This document shows positions 59,518-64,000 of a stretch of DNA of 64,000 nucleotides, piece by piece (the first letter of the stretch is position 1; each line of letters opens with the position of its first letter). Both the position numbers and the translations under genes were made by a program. The notes beneath the pieces were generated by a model. That model made no database searches. It saw only the letters and a program-made list of their open reading frames with translations, and was not told the origin of the DNA. The stretch covers positions 21,974 to 85,973 of the forward strand of contig CALVUP010000002.1 in NCBI GenBank assembly GCA_944363635.1, given 5' to 3'. The stretch is from an uncultured Bacilli bacterium (GTDB lineage: Bacteria; Bacillota_I; Bacilli_A; RF39; UBA660).

Positions 59518-60105
59518 TTAAATATGTTTGTAATTCGCATAAGGCTGTTTAAACAATTTATAAAACAATGGATTAATCATAATACTTTCTAATACAAGAG
59601 CAATCAGAAATAGATTGGCTATAGAAGTATTAAAATGCATAATACAAATGAAATAGATAATAGCAATAACAATAGTAGTTATCTTTCGAATCATACGTAT
59701 TTTTTTATCTCGGAAAGGTCGCTTAACTGTATCTGCAGGTGCAAAGAAGAAATAGGAAATGATGCAACCGATAGCGATTAAACACATAATAGTTTTATTA
59801 AGTTGGATATATTGAAATAATAATGGGAATCCAATAAAGAACAAACTTGATGTAATTAAGCATTGATAACTTTTCTCTGCATGAAACCCAAACCCAGTAT
59901 ATCGAATAATATTAAATAATATTAAAGTGAAAAAAACTTCTTTTTCTATATGAAAAACAATAGCGAATAGAATAATTAGAATTAATTTTGATAAAGTTAA
60001 ATATAGTCCTTCAAGTCCATATAATAGTTTTTCTTTGTCTTCTTCAGAATAATCATTATATTTTAAAATTAAATGATAAAAATTATGAATTACTACTTTT
60101 TTCAT
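59518..60105 (-). CDS. agrB: AgrB-family membrane endopeptidase
   Basis: 195 aa multi-TM. RYTGFGFHAEKSYQC aligns with S. aureus AgrB RRHAHGAHAPSSFWC, conserving catalytic His and Cys at identical spacing. FAPADTVKRPF and ESIMINPLFYK also align. Confidence 0.85.
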   Translation of the reverse strand: MKKVVIHNFYHLILKYNDYSEEDKEKLLYGLEGLYLTLSKLILIILFAIVFHIEKEVFFTLILFNIIRYTGFGFHAEKSYQCLITSSLFFIGFPLLFQYIQLNKTIMCLIAIGCIISYFFFAPADTVKRPFRDKKIRMIRKITTIVIAIIYFICIMHFNTSIANLFLIALVLESIMINPLFYKLFKQPYANYKHI

Positions 60106-60345
60106 CTTACTACCTCTTGCATTTAAGTCTAATATAAAAACGTAATAAAAAAAGAAAAAATCTTTAAAAAAATAAAGAGTAGAACTTTTGATATAAATAA
60201 TTTACAGATAGTGAATAATGTGTTCAAAAAATGCTTTAAATTGACTATTTAAGGAAAAAACTATAGAAAGGCGTTAGCTTTGATATAATAAACATGTTCA
60301 CTCATTTAGGCCGAATAAGGAACAGAAGAATAATTAGTAAAGGAG

Positions 60346-60582
60346 ATGTGGCGAGAAGTGAGAGGTAGAGTAAAATGGTTCAATAATGAAAAGGGATATG
60401 GATTTATTGAATATAAAGAGAATGAAGATATCTTTGTTCACTATTCTGCGATCAAACAAGAAGGATACAAAACTTTGTCGGAAGGGCAATTAGTGGAGTT
60501 TAAATTGTTAGAAACAACCAAAGGATACCAAGCCTTAGATGTAACTGTAGTAAAGGATGCAGTTACAACGCCTAGTAAATAA
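60346..60582 (+). CDS. cspA: cold-shock protein (CspA family)
   Basis: [16 protein letters not shown]1 motif, FVHYSAI RNP2. Start may be GTG 60358 (MRGRVKWFN). Confidence 0.85.
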   Translation: MWREVRGRVKWFNNEKGYGFIEYKENEDIFVHYSAIKQEGYKTLSEGQLVEFKLLETTKGYQALDVTVVKDAVTTPSK

Positions 60583-60691
60583 GAAAAGTAAGAATTTTGT
60601 TCTTACTTTTTTTATGGTTTTTTTGTGAAAAAAAGAATATGTATTGGTTAAATTTATTAAATATGCTATAATTTAGGTGGAGGATGATAAT

Positions 60692-61216
60692 ATGAAATTA
60701 AATATTAGAGGTGAAAAAATTGACATTACAGCTGCTATGAAAGATTATGCATTAGAAAAGTTACAAAAGATAGAAAAATATTTTAACGATTCTAGTGAAA
60801 TAACAGCGAATGTCTTAGTAAAACTTAGAAATCATATGCAAAAAGTAGAAATAACTATATTTTTACAATCATTAATATTAAGAAGTGAAGAAGAACAAGA
60901 AGATTTTTATGCTGCAATTGATAATTCAATTGATAAATTAGAACGTCAAATTAGAAAAAATAAAACCAAATTAGAAAGTAAAAATCGTGTAAATAAAAGT
61001 TTAAGCTTTGATTTTGAATCTGAAGATTCCGAAGAAGAACAAAAAGTAGTAAAACGTAAAAGTGTAGAAGTAAAACCAATGGATGAAGAAGAGGCAATGT
61101 TACAATTGGAACTTTTAGGACATCAGTTTTATCTATATAATGACATAGATACTGGTAAAGCAACAGTTATCTATAAAAGAAAAGATGGAAATTACGGAAT
61201 AATTGAGGCGGAATAA
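60692..61216 (+). CDS. hpf: ribosome hibernation-promoting factor (long form)
   Basis: MKLNIRGEKIDIT... S30AE N-domain plus C-terminal dimerisation domain; GGAGGA RBS. Confidence 0.85.
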   Translation: MKLNIRGEKIDITAAMKDYALEKLQKIEKYFNDSSEITANVLVKLRNHMQKVEITIFLQSLILRSEEEQEDFYAAIDNSIDKLERQIRKNKTKLESKNRVNKSLSFDFESEDSEEEQKVVKRKSVEVKPMDEEEAMLQLELLGHQFYLYNDIDTGKATVIYKRKDGNYGIIEAE

Positions 61217-61277
61217 GAGAAAAACCTTTTATTCTTCCTTTTTTTTTGATAGAATATTACTTAGGAGATGAGGATGA

Positions 61278-63824
61278 ATGAACTTGTTAAAAAAAGTATT
61301 TAGTCATGATTATAAAGAATTAAAAAGGTTTACGGTTATTGCGGATAAAATAGATGCTTTAGATGAAGAAATGAGAGAGCTTAAAGATACAGAACTTAAA
61401 GCCAAAACAGAAGAATTTATAGAACGTTTAGAAAAAGGTGAAACCCTAGAGGATATCTTGGTAGAAGCTTTTGCAGTTGCACGTGAAGCAAGTTATCGTG
61501 TTATTAAACAAAGACCCTTTTATGTACAGTTGTTAGGTGCTTTAGCAATTCATTATGGAAACATTGCTGAAATGAAAACAGGAGAAGGAAAAACTTTAAC
61601 CTGTGTTATGCCTGCCTATTTAAATGCACTTACTAAAAAAGGTGTTCATATCATTACCGTTAATGAGTATTTAGCAGGACGTGATGCGCAGTGGATGGGA
61701 GGTATTTATAACTTTCTAGGATTAACAGTAGGAGTCAATAAAAGAGATTTAACTCCAAAAGAAAAGAAAGAACAATATGCTTGTGATATCATGTATACTA
61801 CGAATAATGAATTGGGATTTGACTATTTAAGAGATAACATGGTAGTAAAAGCAGAAAATAGAGTACAAAGAGGATTAAATTTTGCAATTGTCGATGAAGT
61901 AGACTCTATCTTAATTGATGAAGCTAGAACACCACTAATCATATCTGGTGGACAGATGAAAAACGTATCTTTATATGAAGAAGCAGATAAATTTGCTAAA
62001 AGTTTAAAGTTAGATAAAGATTTTACGTATGATCCAAAGGTAAAAAGTGTTAATTTAACCGACGAAGGGCATAGAAAAGCAGAAAAGTTTTTCCATGTAG
62101 ACAATTTATACGATTTATCACAAGCCTCTCTTGTACATTTTGTAAATCAAGCCTTAAGAGCAAATTATGCAATGCATAACAATATTGATTATGTAGTACA
62201 AGACGGTAAAATTGTAATCGTTGATCAATTTACTGGACGTTTAATGAAAGGGAGAGCTTTCTCTGATGGACTTCATCAAGCTATAGAAGCTAAAGAAGGC
62301 GTTAAAATCAATCAGGAAACAAAAACACTTGCGACCATTACATTCCAAAATTTATTTAGAATGTATTCAAAATTATCTGGAATGACAGGAACAGCAAAAA
62401 CCGAAGAAGAAGAATTTAGAGAAATATACAATATGTACGTTATTCCGATTCCTACAAACAAAAAAGTAATTCGTGTAGATGCTCCGGATTTAGTATATGC
62501 AACCAAGGATGCTAAATTTAAAGCCATTGTTAATGTTATTGAAGAACTTTATAAAAAAGGACAACCTGTATTGGTTGGTACTGTAGCGATTGAAACCAGC
62601 GAATTATTATCAAAAATGTTAAAGAAGAAAAAAATTCCACATGAAGTATTAAATGCCAAGAATCATGAAAGAGAAGCTGAAATTATTTCTAAAATCGGGC
62701 AACATAAATCAGTAACAATTGCTACAAATATGGCAGGACGTGGAACCGATATTACTTTGTCTGATGAAACAAGAAAATTAGGTGGACTTTATGTTATTGG
62801 TACAGAAAGACATGAATCTCGTCGTATTGATAACCAATTAAGAGGACGTTCAGGAAGACAAGGGGATCCAGGATATACACAGTTCTTTGTGTCTATGGAA
62901 GATGATTTAATGGTTCGTTTTGGTTCTGATCGAATCAAATCTATGATGACATCTTTAGGTTTTGGAGATCATGCGATAAGAAGTAAGGCTTTTACGAAAT
63001 CAATATCATCCGCACAAGCTCGTGTAGAAGGAAATAACTATGATGTTCGTAAACATTTATTAGATTATGATGATGTTATGAATAGTCAAAGAGAAATTAT
63101 TTATGGAAAAAGAAATGAAATTATTGATAGTGAATCTATTCATGGTATGATCTTAGACTCTATGAAAAATCATGTATCTGATACGGTTATGTCTCATACT
63201 TCACCGGATGGAAGTCTTACAGACGATGATAAAAAAGAAATTTTAGATTATGTAAATGAAAAATTATTAAAGAAAGATATTGAATTAAACGATATTGAAA
63301 AAGAAGTTTTAAAAACAGAAAAGAAAACGAAGAAAACAAAAGAAGTAAAAATCACTCCTGACCAACTTATTGATTATATTTATAATGCTTTAGTAGAAGA
63401 ATATGAAGCAAAAATAAAAGAATTACCAGATGAAATTGTCAATGAATTCGAAAAAGCAATTAGTTTAAATGTAATTGATAATTATTGGATGGAACACATC
63501 AATACTATGTCTCATCTAAGAGAAGGAATTGGTCTTCGTGGTTATGCTCAAGAAGATCCACTTAGAGCTTATACGATCGAAGGATATGAACTTTTTGATC
63601 AAATGAATCAAAAGATTGATGCGGATATTACAGCGTTCCTTCTTAGAGCAGAGGTAAGACAAAACATTGAAAGAAAAGAACAAACAAGAGTCAAGATTAC
63701 AAATGATATCGATAAAGAAGGAAAGAAAATTCCTAAAAGAGTAGGTAAAAAAATAGGAAGAAATGATCCATGTCCATGTGGTTCAGGGAAGAAATATAAA
63801 CAATGTTGTGGAAAGAATGCATAA
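61278..63824 (+). CDS. secA: preprotein translocase ATPase SecA
   Basis: 848 aa, DEAD-like motor, C-terminal zinc finger CPCGSGKKYKQCCG. Confidence 0.95.
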   Translation: MNLLKKVFSHDYKELKRFTVIADKIDALDEEMRELKDTELKAKTEEFIERLEKGETLEDILVEAFAVAREASYRVIKQRPFYVQLLGALAIHYGNIAEMKTGEGKTLTCVMPAYLNALTKKGVHIITVNEYLAGRDAQWMGGIYNFLGLTVGVNKRDLTPKEKKEQYACDIMYTTNNELGFDYLRDNMVVKAENRVQRGLNFAIVDEVDSILIDEARTPLIISGGQMKNVSLYEEADKFAKSLKLDKDFTYDPKVKSVNLTDEGHRKAEKFFHVDNLYDLSQASLVHFVNQALRANYAMHNNIDYVVQDGKIVIVDQFTGRLMKGRAFSDGLHQAIEAKEGVKINQETKTLATITFQNLFRMYSKLSGMTGTAKTEEEEFREIYNMYVIPIPTNKKVIRVDAPDLVYATKDAKFKAIVNVIEELYKKGQPVLVGTVAIETSELLSKMLKKKKIPHEVLNAKNHEREAEIISKIGQHKSVTIATNMAGRGTDITLSDETRKLGGLYVIGTERHESRRIDNQLRGRSGRQGDPGYTQFFVSMEDDLMVRFGSDRIKSMMTSLGFGDHAIRSKAFTKSISSAQARVEGNNYDVRKHLLDYDDVMNSQREIIYGKRNEIIDSESIHGMILDSMKNHVSDTVMSHTSPDGSLTDDDKKEILDYVNEKLLKKDIELNDIEKEVLKTEKKTKKTKEVKITPDQLIDYIYNALVEEYEAKIKELPDEIVNEFEKAISLNVIDNYWMEHINTMSHLREGIGLRGYAQEDPLRAYTIEGYELFDQMNQKIDADITAFLLRAEVRQNIERKEQTRVKITNDIDKEGKKIPKRVGKKIGRNDPCPCGSGKKYKQCCGKNA

Positions 63825-63924
63825 ATAAAGGGAAAAATCAATATTATAAAAATATGTAGTAAAATGAAGGTGTGAACAAGAATTTAATTTGCTCGCACCT
63901 TTTAATTTAGAAAGGAGGATTAAT

Positions 63925-64000
63925 ATGAAAGAAAAAAAATTAAACTTAACAAGTGAATGGGATAAAACATTCCCAAAAAGTGATAAAGTAAATCATAGAA
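63925..64000 (+). CDS. unidentified CDS, 5' end only
   Basis: AAAGGAGGA RBS then ATG 63925 (MKEKKLNLTSEWDKTFPKSDK...); runs off the window. Confidence 0.4.
   Translation, partial: MKEKKLNLTSEWDKTFPKSDKVNHR

Noticed and set aside
1-64000. Mollicutes-type genetic code (UGA=Trp), considered because of extreme AT-richness and the tiny SRP RNA
   Set aside because: Long ORFs for essential genes are uninterrupted and several terminate at TGA (tadA, holB, rsmI). Cell-wall synthesis genes (PBP1A, MurA, MurE, TagO) are present. Standard code 11 fits.
1-64000. CRISPR arrays, transposases, integrases, phage genes, rRNA/tRNA genes
   Set aside because: None seen. The only repeat family is the parS/NBS array and dispersed NBS palindromes. 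No tRNA-like cloverleaf-encoding GC-rich segments noticed in the intergenic regions.

Overview
This window is the replication-origin region of a very AT-rich, low-GC Gram-positive (Bacillota) chromosome that uses the standard genetic code (long ORFs end in TGA/TAA/TAG). The gene order closely follows the Bacillus subtilis ori region, in inverted orientation.

Minus strand: pth (partial), rsmI, a trmN6/yabB-like methyltransferase, ricT, holB, bofA-like, recR, ebfC, dnaX, tadA, a small SRP RNA, gyrA, gyrB, recF, a ComK homologue, dnaN and dnaA.

An oriC DnaA-box cluster lies in the dnaA-rpmH intergenic region.

Plus strand: rpmH, rnpA, yidC, jag, mnmE, mnmG, rsmG, a Noc-like ParB paralogue, soj, spo0J, a ribosomal protein/ssb/dnaB-helicase block, cell-wall genes (M23 peptidases, MurE, MurA, PBP1A, TagO/WecA), prfA/prmC, and the sporulation genes spoIIR, spoIIID and a SpoIIQ-like M23 protein, then mbl, cspA, hpf and secA.

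Three things stand out and are absent from the six-frame ORF track:
1. Three tandem ~115-bp units downstream of gyrA each carry a perfect parS site (TGTTTCACGTGAAACA) plus a Noc-binding-site palindrome (ATTTCCCGGGAAAT). Three further isolated NBS copies lie at tadA/dnaX and on both sides of mnmE.
2. A complete agr-type peptide quorum-sensing module is present in an unusual convergent layout: a LytTR response regulator and AgrC-like kinase on the plus strand, AgrB plus a 38-codon GTG-initiated AgrD precursor on the minus strand.
3. A ~80-nt SRP RNA with its own promoter and terminator sits between gyrA and tadA.
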